From Candidatus Eiseniibacteriota bacterium (GTDB taxonomy: Bacteria > Eisenbacteria > RBG-16-71-46 > CAIMUX01 > VGJL01), in the NCBI GenBank assembly GCA_963792585.1, contig CAWBWI010000001.1, positions 384,001-448,000 on the forward strand: a stretch of DNA of 64,000 nt, read 5' to 3'. Positions within the stretch are counted from its first letter, which is position 1. Each line of letters opens with the position of its first letter. Shown one piece after another: positions 40,083 to 50,835 of the stretch. Position numbers and translations under genes: made by a program. Below the pieces are notes generated by a model. It was not told the DNA's origin and ran no database searches. It worked only from the letters and a program-made list of their open reading frames with translations.

Positions 40083-41651
40083 TTAGGGTAGGGATTTGAC
40101 CGTTCGGAATCCGACGCCCCAGTCGGGAGTCTCGGGGAGGACGATGCTCCTGTTCCAAGTATTGACCGACCCGCCCCCCTTCGTCCACCCACCACCGCGG
40201 ATGATTCGCTGCGTACCGACGAACGGCGGGTTGTGCGGATTCGAGTAAGGACCGTACCAGTCCGCCGTCCACTCCCAGACGTTTCCGGCCATGTCCGCGA
40301 CCCCGAACGGGCTCGACCCGTCGAGTGTCTGATATCCGCCGTGGGCCGTCCCGTCGTAGAAACCGACCGGAGTCGTATGGACCCGTCCCTGGCCTTCGTA
40401 CGGATCGCCGCTGCCGCTGTAGTTCGCCCGCTTGGGGTCGAGTTCGGCTCCCCACGGAAGGGGGCGCCCGAAGCCGACGGTGATCTGTACCTGGGCGCTG
40501 TCCGGCCCGACCGTGAACGTGCTGTCGCCGTACTCTCCCGCCTCATTGCCGCGGGCGGCCATCTCCCATTCCGCTTCGGTCGGTAGACGTCGGCCGTACC
40601 ACTTGGCGTAGAAGTCGGCGCCGTCCCATGTCACTTCGATCGCGGGAAAACTCTCCTTACCCGAGAGGGTGGTGAAGAGGCTGTCGGTGCGGCTGTAGGT
40701 GATCTGCGAGTTGACGTTCGCTTCCTGCGTCAATGCGTACAGCACCGTTCCGCCGGCGTCGTAGACCATTCCGCCGCTGGTCGTGACCAGAGGGGACCTA
40801 CGGCGCAGTGCGAGGTTGAGTAGATCGACGAGTTGCTGGTTGGTCACCTCGTAGCGATCGATTTCGAACGCGTCGACGTGTATGGGAAGGCCCGGGTGGT
40901 GGAAGTCGTCGGAGGTCAGACGCTGGCCCATGAGGAGCCATCCCTCGGGAATGTTGAGTCGTTCGACTCGGGAGCTGAAGCCCCAGATCGGGCCGACCCC
41001 CATGGCGCCCTTCGGATCCCTTCCCTTCACTTGCCAGAAGTAGTGGGCATTGGGAACGAGCGTCTCGGATGGCGTCACCTGGGTCTCGGTTGTCGCCTCT
41101 GCGATCAACTTCAACTCGTTCCGGACCTTGCCGAAATAGACGTCGTAGAGGATCGTGTCGCCCGCATCGGGATCCGTTGCCGTCCAGCGCAGGGTGATGG
41201 TTCCCTCCGCGATCTCGGCCGCCTCGTTTTCCGGCTGGGGGGAAGACGGAGCGCTGGGGGTCGCGTTGGTCGTCGCGATGGCCCAGACGACCTCGGACGG
41301 GTCGGAGAGATTCGCGCGAACGGCCGCGCGGACCCGGTAGTAGTATTTCTGCCCTTCGGTCACGCGCGTGTCGGCGTAGGTCGAGGCGCTCTTCGCCACC
41401 GTGTCCGCCTCTGCGAAGCCGGAAGGTTCGCCCAGCGCGCGCTCGATCTTGAAGCTGGTCACATCGGGAGCGTTGTTGCGCCAGATCAGGGTGATCTGGC
41501 TGCCCGCCGTTTGCGAAATCTGCAGTTCGGACGGCGCCCGCGGCGGCGTGACCACCGGACCCGTCGGTCCACCTCCACCCCCGTTCCCACACGACAGGGA
41601 GAAGACCAACAGCAATGCCGCAGCCCCGATCAGGAGCCGTTCAGACCTCAT
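40083..41651 (-). CDS. Lipoprotein with FN3 domains and C-terminal FGE-sulfatase (SUMF1-like) domain
   Basis: Lipobox SLSC; FN3; YEVTN, RRLPTEAEWEMAARG, DMAGNVWEWTADWY, RGGGW, GFR. Confidence 0.88.
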   Translation of the reverse strand: MRSERLLIGAAALLLVFSLSCGNGGGGGPTGPVVTPPRAPSELQISQTAGSQITLIWRNNAPDVTSFKIERALGEPSGFAEADTVAKSASTYADTRVTEGQKYYYRVRAAVRANLSDPSEVVWAIATTNATPSAPSSPQPENEAAEIAEGTITLRWTATDPDAGDTILYDVYFGKVRNELKLIAEATTETQVTPSETLVPNAHYFWQVKGRDPKGAMGVGPIWGFSSRVERLNIPEGWLLMGQRLTSDDFHHPGLPIHVDAFEIDRYEVTNQQLVDLLNLALRRRSPLVTTSGGMVYDAGGTVLYALTQEANVNSQITYSRTDSLFTTLSGKESFPAIEVTWDGADFYAKWYGRRLPTEAEWEMAARGNEAGEYGDSTFTVGPDSAQVQITVGFGRPLPWGAELDPKRANYSGSGDPYEGQGRVHTTPVGFYDGTAHGGYQTLDGSSPFGVADMAGNVWEWTADWYGPYSNPHNPPFVGTQRIIRGGGWTKGGGSVNTWNRSIVLPETPDWGVGFRTVKSLP

Positions 41652-41706
41652 CTCCCAACCTCCTCAACCCCGGATATCAATGCCCATGCCCCACGGCTCC
41701 GGCTGC

Positions 41707-42168
41707 TCATTCCCCGAGGCAGCCTTCGCGCGCAAGCCTCTCCTGCACCCCTTGTGCGTTGAGAATCTGGACCGGCCAGTGCGCCGATCGACTCAACCCG
41801 ACACGGGGGATGCAGGGACCCCAAAGGCCGGCGTTCAGATCGCTCCCGGACTCCCGCAGGATCGCCCACTCGGAGACCAGATCGGACCTGGGAGCAATCG
41901 CGCAGGCGACCACGGTTTCATCACCTTGGAGATCGACCGGGAACGCAATGTCAAAGGTGCCGGCCGAGTCGGTGCGGGAGAAAGCGACCGGAAGTCCGCC
42001 TGCGAACAGCCGAACGGTTACCCCGGCGAGGGGGAGTCCGCCGGCATCGACCACCTCTCCAGCCAGACGGGCCGGGAATTCGGCCCCCGGTGGGGCCCCG
42101 ACGGACGGGTGTGCGAGACCAAGCGCCAGAATCCATCCTGCTGACACCAGCGGCCGGTTCACCCGCAT
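41707..42168 (-). CDS. Exported protein with carboxypeptidase-regulatory-like (prealbumin-like) domain
   Basis: Signal peptide; LAGEVVDAGGLPLAGVTV...TDSAGTF; AGGAGG upstream of ATG 42168. Confidence 0.6.
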   Translation of the reverse strand: MRVNRPLVSAGWILALGLAHPSVGAPPGAEFPARLAGEVVDAGGLPLAGVTVRLFAGGLPVAFSRTDSAGTFDIAFPVDLQGDETVVACAIAPRSDLVSEWAILRESGSDLNAGLWGPCIPRVGLSRSAHWPVQILNAQGVQERLAREGCLGE

Positions 42169-42340
42169 CCCAACCTCCTGCCCCGTCATGCTCTTGCCGG
42201 ACGCTGGCAGACTACCGCGCCGTCGGTGGGTCGTCAAGCGGCCCGCAATCGTCCCAAGCCCCCGATTTCCTTGCGCTTGGCCGGACCTCTGCTAGCGTGA
42301 CGGGCCTTGGGCTTAGGGGCGGCAGGGTGGAGGTCTTTCC

Positions 42341-43377
42341 ATGGTGTTCAGTCGTCTCCTGGGATTGATGTCCAACGATATCGCCATCGATCTTGGGGAC
42401 GGCCAACACCCTGATCTACGTCAAGGGGCGGGGAATCGTCCTCAACGAGCCGTCGGTGGTTGCCGTCGACAAGCCGCACCAAGCGCGTCCTCGCCGTGGG
42501 CGTCGAGGCCAAGGCGATGCTCGGCCGCACGCCGACGGGGATCGACGCCGTCCGGCCGATGAAGGACGGCGTGATCGCCGACTTCGAGAAGACCGAGGAC
42601 CTGCTGCGCAAGCTGATCCTGAAGGTCCAGAGCGCGGCGTTTCCTCGTCAAGCCCCGCGTCATCGTCTGCGTCCCCTCGGGGATCACCGAGGTCGAGAAG
42701 CGCGCCGTGCGCGACTCGGTCGAGCATGCCGGGCGCCCGCGAGATCTTCCTCGTCGCCGAGCCGATCGCCGCCGCGATCGGCGTCGGGCTTCCCGTGGAG
42801 AGGCCGACCGGAAACATGGTGATCGACATCGGCGGCGGCACGACCGAGATCGCGGTCATGACGTTGAACGGCATCGTCAACGACACGTCGATCCGCGTCG
42901 GCGGCGACAAGATGGACGAGGCGATCGTGCAGTACGTCAAGCGGGCCTTCAACCTGCTGATCGGCGACCAGACGGCCGAGCTGATCAAGATGCAGATCGG
43001 CAGCGCCCACCGCCTCGAGAGGAACTCGAGATGGAGATCAAGGGGCGCGACTTGATCGGCGGAATTCCCAAGACGATCAAGATCACCGCCGTCGAGGTCC
43101 GCGAGGCTCTGCAGGAGCCGATCGGCGCGATCGTCGAGGCCATGAAGCAGTCGCTCGAGGAGACGCCGCCCGAGCTCGCGAGCGACATCGTCGATCGCGG
43201 GATCGTGATGACCGGCGGCGGCGCGCTGCTTGCGCGGGCATGGATGCGCTTCTGCGCGAGGTGACCCATCTGCCGATCCACGTTGCGGAAGGGGCGCTCC
43301 AGGCGGTCGTGCTCGGCGCGGGCAAGATCCTCGACGATCTGGCCCAGTACGAGAAGGTCCTCATGCGGAGCTCGTAG
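42341..43377 (+). CDS. mreB: Rod shape-determining protein MreB (frameshifted)
   Basis: [62 protein letters not shown]. Confidence 0.92.
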
Positions 43378-43381
43378 GGCG

Positions 43382-44264
43382 ATGCCCTCGCGCGGCTCTT
43401 CCGCTTCCTCCCGCAGAAGCTTCCTCATCTGGATCGCGTGCGCGATCGTATCCGCGCTGCTGCTGGCGACGCCGCCGAGCGCGCGCAACGGAATCGCGAC
43501 GGCCCTGGAGTGGAGCGTCTTCCTACCCGTGCGCGCGTTTCTCGGTTGGGGGGGGCGCAGTCTGCTCGTGCAGCAGCAGAATCGCCGTCTCGCGCAGGAG
43601 GTGACGGCCGAATACGTCTCGAGGTCGAACAGACTCGAAGAGGCCGGCCGCGAGAACGAAGTGCTCCGGCGCATGCTCGCGATGCGCTCCCGGGCCCTGC
43701 TTTCTCTGACACCCGCGCGGGTCGTCGGCCGCAGCCTCGACTGGACCGGCGAGGTGTTGTGGCTGGAGGTGTCGGGAGTCGCCGCGACCGGGACCGCCGT
43801 CGTCACGCCGGACGGTCTCCTCGGCCGTGTGGTACGGGTCAGCGGTGAGCGCGCGCAGGTCGAGACGCTCTGGCATACCAGGATCACCGTGAGCGTCGTC
43901 GACGGACGCAGCCGCGAGCAGGGCATCCTGCGCTGGAATCCCGCGCACCCGCGCGACCTGATGATCGACCTCGCCCCCCTGACGGCCGACTTCCGCGTGG
44001 GCGACCCGATCCTGACCTCCGGGCTGGGGGAGGTCTTTCCGCGCGGCATTCTGGTCGGATACGTCATCGACGGCGGAGTCCGAGACGCATACGCAGATGA
44101 AGCGGGTCCACGTGAGGCCCGCCGCGAGGCGCGGACGGATGCAGGAGGTCTTCCTGGTCAATGAGCGCCCGCCGGAGGGGGATGCCACTCCCCTGTTCCC
44201 GGCGCCGGAGCCGACGCCGAGCGGCTCTCCTGCGCTCCCGGGGGAACCGGAGGTGCGTCCATGA
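43382..44264 (+). CDS. mreC: Rod shape-determining protein MreC (frameshift near 44075)
   Basis: TM helix and coiled coil (ENEVLRRML), GLLGRV, GDPILTSGLGEVFPRGILVG; synteny. Confidence 0.85.
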
Positions 44265-44768
44265 GCGCTCGATTCTGGTTTCGTCTTGTGCTGTCCGTCC
44301 TTGCCGCGCTGGTCTTCCGGGTGACGCTCGGCGCGAGGCTCGCGATCGCGGGTGTGCAGCCCGACCTCCTGGCGGCCGTTCGTCTTCTCGCTCACCCTTG
44401 CCCGCGGGCCGGTATTCGGGATTATCGCGGGGTTTGTCCTCGGCCTGCTCGTCGACATCGATCGTCCGGCAGGGCTCGGTCTCACGAGTCTCGCCTGGTG
44501 TACGATGGCGTACGTGACCGCGCGCATTTCCGATGCCGTTGAAGCGTCCGACCCGATCGTCGCCTCGGCATCTACTCATGCTCGTCGTGCTCATCGCCGA
44601 GACGATCCGGGCGGTGTGATTTCCGTGGGCGAGCCCGCGGGTGTGGGGCTCATCTGGGTCCGCTGGGCCCTCCCCACCGCGGTCTATACCGGGATCGCCG
44701 CGCCCCTGATCGCCGGGGGCGCGCGCAGGCTCTTCGGTAGGACGAGGTGGTTCGGTGGCCGGACGTAG
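44261..44768 (+). CDS. mreD: Rod shape-determining protein MreD (frameshifted)
   Basis: Hydrophobic; QPDLL, GFVLGLLVD; lies between mreC and mrdA. Confidence 0.75.
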
Positions 44769-46653
44769 GTTCTCCTTCGACGCTCAGATGGGACGCTATC
44801 GCGTCCTCATGCCTTCTGCACGCTGCTCCTCTTCGGGTTGATCTGCGGGGCGCCTCGCCTACCTTCAGGTCGTGCGGGGCTACTTCTACCGCGAGCAGGC
44901 GGAGGAGAACCGGATTCGTCCGGAGATTCTCCGGGCGCATCGCGGGCGTCTCCTCGATCGACACGGCCGCGTCCTCGCCGATAACGCCCCGACCTACCAC
45001 CTGTCTTTCGATGCTGCGCGATCGCGCGTTCCGGGCGAACCCCGAGGCGAAGAGCGGCGGTTGTCACCGAGCTCGCCCGCGTTCTCGACCGCGACGAGGC
45101 CGAGCTCCGCACGGAGGTCGAGCGTGCGCGGCGCGGGGCGATGCCCCCGATCACCGTGGCGCGCAACCTCGACTTTGCCACGCTCTCGGCGATCCTCGAG
45201 CGGATGGACCAGCTGCCCGGCGTGGAGGTGCGACCGCAGCCGGCGCGGCGATATCCCTATGGAAACCTCGCCGCCCACCTGATCGGGTATCTGGGCGAGG
45301 TCTCCGAGGCGGAACTGCAGCGAGCGCGGATCGAGGAGCCGTCCTATCGTCGCGGGGACCTGATCGGACGCTCGGGAATCGAGAAGACGTACGAGTCGTA
45401 TCTTCGCGGAAGCGACGGGGTCGAGTATGTGGAGGTCGACGCGCTCGGGCGGCGCGCCAACCTCTTCGAGGAGCTGCCCTCGCTCCCATCGATTCCGGGC
45501 GACGACGTCGTCCTCGGCCTCGATCTGGATCTGCAACTCGCGGCGGAAGCGGCGCTCGATTCGGTTCCGTCCATCGCTCGTCGAATGAGTTCGGGGATGC
45601 GGCGGAGGCTCAGCGCGGGCTGCATCGTGGCGATCGATCGCGAAGAGCGGGGAGATTCTCGCGATGGCGAGTCGGCCCGCCTTCGATCCGAATCTCTTCG
45701 TCGCCGGCCTCGAACCGGGAGGACTGGAAGACGCTCTCCTCCAGCGGGCACCCTTTGCTCAACCGCGCGACCCAGGCGGCCTACCCGCCGGGATCGACGT
45801 TCAAGATCCTGACGGCGCTCGCCGGTTTGCATGTGGGGGGCATCATCTCCCTTCGAGACGATGCCAGCCTCGTGCGGCGGCGGCTACTTCTACGGCAACA
45901 GGCTCTTTCGTTGCCACCTGAAGGGAGGACACGGAAGTCTCACCCTTCAAGACGCCATGGCCCGGTCCTGCGACGTCTATTTCTACCAGGTCGGGAGTGC
46001 GGCTCGGAGTCGATCGCCTCACCCAGTTCGCAGTCGCGTGCAGCCTCGATGCGCCGACCCGCGATCGATCTGCCCCAGGAGCGAGGATCCCTGATTCCGA
46101 CGATCGACTGGTTTCGATCGGCGCGCGGCGGCCCTCCGGGACGGCGGCGCGGCCCTGAACTTCGCAATCGGCCAAGGGGAGTTGCTCCTGACGCCCTTGG
46201 CGCTGGCCCGGTTCGTCGCCGCGGTCGTCAACGGGGGGACGATCCTGCGACCCCGCATCGTGCGACAGGTCGTGCGGCCTGACGGGAGAATCGTGCTGGA
46301 TATGGCCGACCAGAAGATGGCCGAAGGGCGTCTGCCCGCGACCGAAGCGGAGCTGACGATCGTGCGCGACGCCCTCGAGGCCGTCGTGATGGGTCGGCAG
46401 CGGTACCGGAAAGCGCGCCCGCATCGATCCGTTTCGCGTGGGCGGCAAGACGGGGACCGCGCAGAATCCGCACGGGCAGGATCACGCGTGGTTCGTCGGC
46501 TATGCGCCCGCAGAGGATCCGGAGATCGTCGTCGTCGCGATGCTGGAGGAAGGTGGACACGGCGGCGTCGCCGCCGCGCCCCTCGCGCAGAAGGTCATGG
46601 AGGTCTATCTCAGGCCTCCAGCGTCGCCGCTACTGACGGGGGATCTGCGATGA
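44755..46653 (+). CDS. mrdA: Penicillin-binding protein 2 (multiple frameshifts)
   Basis: RGRLLDRHG, RRYPYG, HLIGY, GRSGIEKTYE, PPGSTFK (SxxK), SCDVYFY, GKTGTAQ. Confidence 0.88.
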
Positions 46654-47887
46654 GACTCCCCGCCGCCTTCGCGATCTACCGGCGCCGACTCGATCCGTAC
46701 CTCGTGATCGCGGGTGGGGCCCTCGTGCTGATCGGCCTGCTCGCCGTCTACAGCGCGACCGAGTTCCCCGACAGCGCGCGCGCCGGGTTCTTCGCGCGTC
46801 ATCTCGTGGCGCTCCCGCTCGCCTTCGGCGTCATGGCGCTCGCGATGGCGGTGCCGCTGCGCGTACTCGAGGATTTCGGGGATCCTGCTTTACGCGGCCA
46901 CGACGCTCCTGCTGGTCGCCGTCCTGCTCTTCGGGACCGAGGTCTACGGGGCGCGCCGCTGGCTCGGGGCGGGCCCGTTCCGGATGCAGCCGTCGGAGCT
47001 GGCCAAGCTCGCCACAGCGATCGCCTTGGCGCAGTTCCTTGCCGCCAAGAAACGGGATCCTGCGCGCTGGTCGACCCTCCTCCCCGCAGCCGGGATGGTC
47101 CTGTTGCCGCTTGCCCTGGTTCTGAAGGAACCCGACCTCGGCACGTCGGGAGCGTTTGCGGTGATGGGAATCGCGATGGTCCTGTGGAGCGGTCTGCCCT
47201 GGCTCCACACGCTTCTCATGATGAGTCCGCTGGCCAGTCTGATTCTGTGCCGACACTACGTCTTCTGGGCGGCCTATCTGGTCGTCTCGGTCCTTGTGCT
47301 TTGGCGGGTTCGACTGTCGTGGCTCGTCCTGGCCCTGTTCGTCGTGATTCAGACCGCCGTCATGTTCGGCGCACCGGTCCTCTGGAATCATCTCGAGCCG
47401 TATCAGAGGATGCGCCTGACCGTCTTCGAGCATCCGGAACGGGATCCTTCGGGCGGTGGATATCAGATCATGCAATCGAAGATCGCGATCGGCAGCGGGG
47501 GGATCTGGGGGAAGGGATACCTGAAGGGGTCGCAGAAGGCCCTCGCGTTCCTGCCCCAGCAGCACACGGACTTCATCTACAGCGTGGTCGGCGAGGAGGC
47601 AGGCTTCCTGGGCTGCCTGGCCACGATCATCCTGTTCCTTCTCGTGATCCTGCGGGGCTATTACCTCGCCCTGCACTGCCGAAGTCCCTTCGCGGGTCTC
47701 CTTGCCGTCGGGATCGCGACGTCTGTTGCTCTATCACGCGGGAGTGAACATGGCGATGACGGTGGGGCTGCTGCCGGTGACGGGTTTGCCCTTGCCGTTC
47801 GTGAGCTACGGGGGGTCGTTCCAGCTGTCGGTCTTCGCGATGCTCGGGTTGCTGCTCAATATCTCGGCGCATCGGTTCGACTACTGA
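46650..47887 (+). CDS. rodA: Rod shape-determining protein RodA (frameshifted)
   Basis: GARRW, QPSELAK, EPDLGT, QSKIAIGSGG, LPQQHTDFI, LPVTGLPLPFVSYGGS. Confidence 0.9.
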
Positions 47888-47907
47888 TTGTTGTCGGCAC
47901 GGGCGGA

Positions 47908-48083
47908 CGCGCATCCGGGCGGTGGCTGCGGGTGGCCATGGACGCACCGCTCTGCAGTCTCGCGTCGCGCATCCGGGCGGTGGCTGCGCGCGGCTATAGA
48001 CGCCGCGCTCCGCTACCGCCCTCCGCGCTCCGCGGGATGCGACTCGGGACGCCGCGCTCCGCTACCGCCCTTCGCGCTCCGCG
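47908..48083. repeat. Intergenic mosaic of two direct-repeat pairs (REP/BIME-like)
   Basis: CGCGCATCCGGGCGGTGGCTGCG at 47908-47930 and 47966-47988; GACGCCGCGCTCCGCTACCGCCCTYCGCGCTCCGCG at 47999-48034 and 48048-48083. Confidence 0.8.
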
Positions 48084-48118
48084 CGAAGCGACGGGCTTTC
48101 ATCGCTTCGATCGACGCC

Positions 48119-50686
48119 TCATCTCAGGAGGAGCAATCGTTGCGTCCGTTCCTCGCCGGAAGTCTGTAGGCAGATGAAGTAGACGCCGCTGGCCGCCGCG
48201 CGCCCGTCGCCGGTGCGACCATCCCACCGAACCTCGCGCGTCATGGCGCCCGCGGCGGCCGAGAATGTCCAACCGGCGATCCGCCGCCCGGCCGGGTCGA
48301 TGATGGAAACGGCGGCGCCGGAACCTGCGGGCTGGACGAAACGGAGGGTCGCGGCGCCCGAAGCAGGATTCGGCCGTGGTGGCGCGAGGAAGATCGAACC
48401 GAGGGCGTCGGGCTCATTCGCGTCCGAGGTGAGCGTTCCCTCGATCGTGAAGTCGTCGACAAACCAGCCTTCCTGCGTCACGTAGCCATCGCTCCCGAAT
48501 CGCAGGCGAAGCTGTACGTGCTCCCCGGAAAGGCCGGTAAGGTCGATCCGCACCGGGCTCCAGTCGAACGTCCCGCTGAAGCAGGGGGTGTCCGGAAGGA
48601 AAGGGGAGTCCGGGTTGGCGATGATCGTGTACGGGTAGCCGCCGTCGGGCGTGAGCTGGATCCACGCGCCGCCGTCGATCGAGGCTTCGATGATCCCGCC
48701 GTCCCAGGCGGTGTTGTTGACGTCGTCCTCGGCGTCGATCCAGTGCCAGAAGGAAATCGCGTCAACGGTCGACAGGGGGAGGTCCACCGTATAGAGGGCC
48801 GCGTCGTCGCGGTCGGCATAGGAGCCCGTCCCCGTCGCGCCGCACTTCCAGGCATACGAGCCTCCAGGCGTGTGGTTGCGTTGGGTCGAGACGTGCCACT
48901 GATCGAGGTAGCCGGATGCCACGTTGTCGTGTCCCCACCGGTAGGTGTCGAGCGGATCGTTGACCCCGACGACGAAGGAGACATCGGTGAAGTTGCCGAG
49001 CAGATCGCGAATGCGAACCGTGAAGGGGAGTCCATCGTCCGTCGACGCGGGAGAGAGCGTGAAGCGGAAAGGAGGCGTCCCGGTGGCGGACTGCTCCGCG
49101 CCGATTGCGCCGAAGCTGGTTACCGCGTTCGTGATCGTGACATCGGAATCAGGGCATGTGAGTGTGCCGTTGACCGGGCTCGACGGGGCGCCGAGGTTGC
49201 GCACCACGACCGCCATGTCCCAGTCCTCGCCCGGATCGATGTCGCCGTCGTTGTTGCCGGAAACCTGGCTCGGGAAGTATCCCTGGAAGACGAGAATCGG
49301 GCTGGACTCGACGTCCAGATCGGCGGTCATCGTGTCGCCCGAGTTCGAGATGTTACGCACCCCGACCTGTGTCGATGCGCCGGCATAGTCACGGGAATTC
49401 GGATTGCTCGAAGCGTTGAAGTTGCGGTTGTTCGTGCTCCCGGGCCATGGGTCCCCACCGTCGCTGCCGCCGCCTTGGGCCAGTTCGTTCAGCCCGTCGG
49501 CCTGCTCGACCGCGACCAGAGGGTGGTTTTCGTTCTCGTTTCCACCGGCCGATTCGTCGATGTGGCAGATCAGGAGTCCGTCGCCGGGCAGATACGTGTC
49601 GCTTGCGACCCGCTGGCGATTCTCGACGACGAAGTACTGGCTGGCCGGATACCCTCCGGTCCAGAGGAAATAGGCCGTTGGAGACGTTTCCACCTTGGGC
49701 AACGATGCACCCGGCGCGTTGGTGAGGGGAATGGTCGGATCGATGAATCCAAGACGCGCCTTGCACCAAGCCATGAAGTGGACGGGCGTGATGCCTCCGC
49801 CGCCCCATGAGCCGAACGACATCATGCACCAGTCGCCGACGCCCGATGAGGAGTAGTCGGTGTCGTACAGGTCGGGCAGGCCGAGAACGTGCCCGAACTC
49901 GTGGCCGAAGACGCCCCGCTTCCCGTTCTCAGGTTCCATCGAATAGCTGTCCGCAGTGACACCGTCGACAGCCGGAGGGTTCGGCATGCCCCACGCATGC
50001 GAGTGGATGTCGTTGTTCGACCCGGTCTCCTCGCGTCCAAGTCCCGCGTGAACCACGAAGAGCGCGTCGACGATGCCGTCGTCGTCGCCCGAGTGGGGAA
50101 CGCCGTCGGGTCCATCATTGTCGTACTGCGAGAAGTCGACATACGGGTCGGCGGCGATGACGGCATCCTCCGCGAGCTTCTGCGCGTTGTGGGGATAGGT
50201 CCCGAAGCCCGCCTGCCCGTCCACGTAGTAGGCGTAAGTTTGCGGCATCCGCAGCCAGATCGTCGTGACGCCGGTCACCTGGAATGCGCCGTACGAGTTT
50301 TCGATGTACCAGTCCCGCATGCTGCCGGTCGGATAGGTTCCGACCGAGAAGAGCATCTCGTCGTAGTGAGCGGGGGGGTAGGTGCCCTCATTGGCCGGCT
50401 TGTCCGTGAAGTCGACGAGGATGACGATCGCGCTGCGGTCCGGAATCGCGCGGCCCTCCTGCGCCGCCCGCGTCCAACCGCGCGCTGTCGCCCGCGGCGC
50501 GTCGAGGCCCCGTGCCCGCGCATCTTCCGTCGATGCGACGATGCCGGGGAGGGCGCCCGAGGCGCGAAGGTTCGAAAGGACGTCCGGGCGGAATGGAACC
50601 GCCCCAGCTTGCGTGCTGAAGCATACGAGGGCGAGGGCCAGAACGACCGGCCTGATGGCCTGGGCGCGCTGCGATCGAATACGCAT
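48119..50686 (-). CDS. M6 family (immune inhibitor A-like) metalloprotease with FlgD-Ig/PNP-type tail
   Basis: Signal peptide, ILVDFTD, VHAG.G.E, HEFGHVLGLPDLY, YFVVENRQ, PRPNP...WDGRTGDGRAAASGVYF; AGGAGG before ATG 50686. Confidence 0.92.
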   Translation of the reverse strand: MRIRSQRAQAIRPVVLALALVCFSTQAGAVPFRPDVLSNLRASGALPGIVASTEDARARGLDAPRATARGWTRAAQEGRAIPDRSAIVILVDFTDKPANEGTYPPAHYDEMLFSVGTYPTGSMRDWYIENSYGAFQVTGVTTIWLRMPQTYAYYVDGQAGFGTYPHNAQKLAEDAVIAADPYVDFSQYDNDGPDGVPHSGDDDGIVDALFVVHAGLGREETGSNNDIHSHAWGMPNPPAVDGVTADSYSMEPENGKRGVFGHEFGHVLGLPDLYDTDYSSSGVGDWCMMSFGSWGGGGITPVHFMAWCKARLGFIDPTIPLTNAPGASLPKVETSPTAYFLWTGGYPASQYFVVENRQRVASDTYLPGDGLLICHIDESAGGNENENHPLVAVEQADGLNELAQGGGSDGGDPWPGSTNNRNFNASSNPNSRDYAGASTQVGVRNISNSGDTMTADLDVESSPILVFQGYFPSQVSGNNDGDIDPGEDWDMAVVVRNLGAPSSPVNGTLTCPDSDVTITNAVTSFGAIGAEQSATGTPPFRFTLSPASTDDGLPFTVRIRDLLGNFTDVSFVVGVNDPLDTYRWGHDNVASGYLDQWHVSTQRNHTPGGSYAWKCGATGTGSYADRDDAALYTVDLPLSTVDAISFWHWIDAEDDVNNTAWDGGIIEASIDGGAWIQLTPDGGYPYTIIANPDSPFLPDTPCFSGTFDWSPVRIDLTGLSGEHVQLRLRFGSDGYVTQEGWFVDDFTIEGTLTSDANEPDALGSIFLAPPRPNPASGAATLRFVQPAGSGAAVSIIDPAGRRIAGWTFSAAAGAMTREVRWDGRTGDGRAAASGVYFICLQTSGEERTQRLLLLR

Positions 50687-50835
50687 CGGGTGATCCTCCT
50701 GGTTATGTCGGGCAGGTTGCCGCAAGAAACATCCTAATTATACGCCACATGGGGGCCTCGACCCACGAATGTCTTGCCCGCGCGGGCCGCCTCCACCACG
50801 ATGATCGAGTCCGCGGAGCGGAGGAGGTGGCAGCG

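Noticed and set aside
40083..40320. FGE-domain C-terminus as a diversity-generating retroelement target
   Set aside because: No template repeat or reverse transcriptase visible in the window
47999..48083. 36-bp direct repeats as a mini CRISPR array
   Set aside because: Only two copies, a 13-nt spacer, and no cas genes or leader
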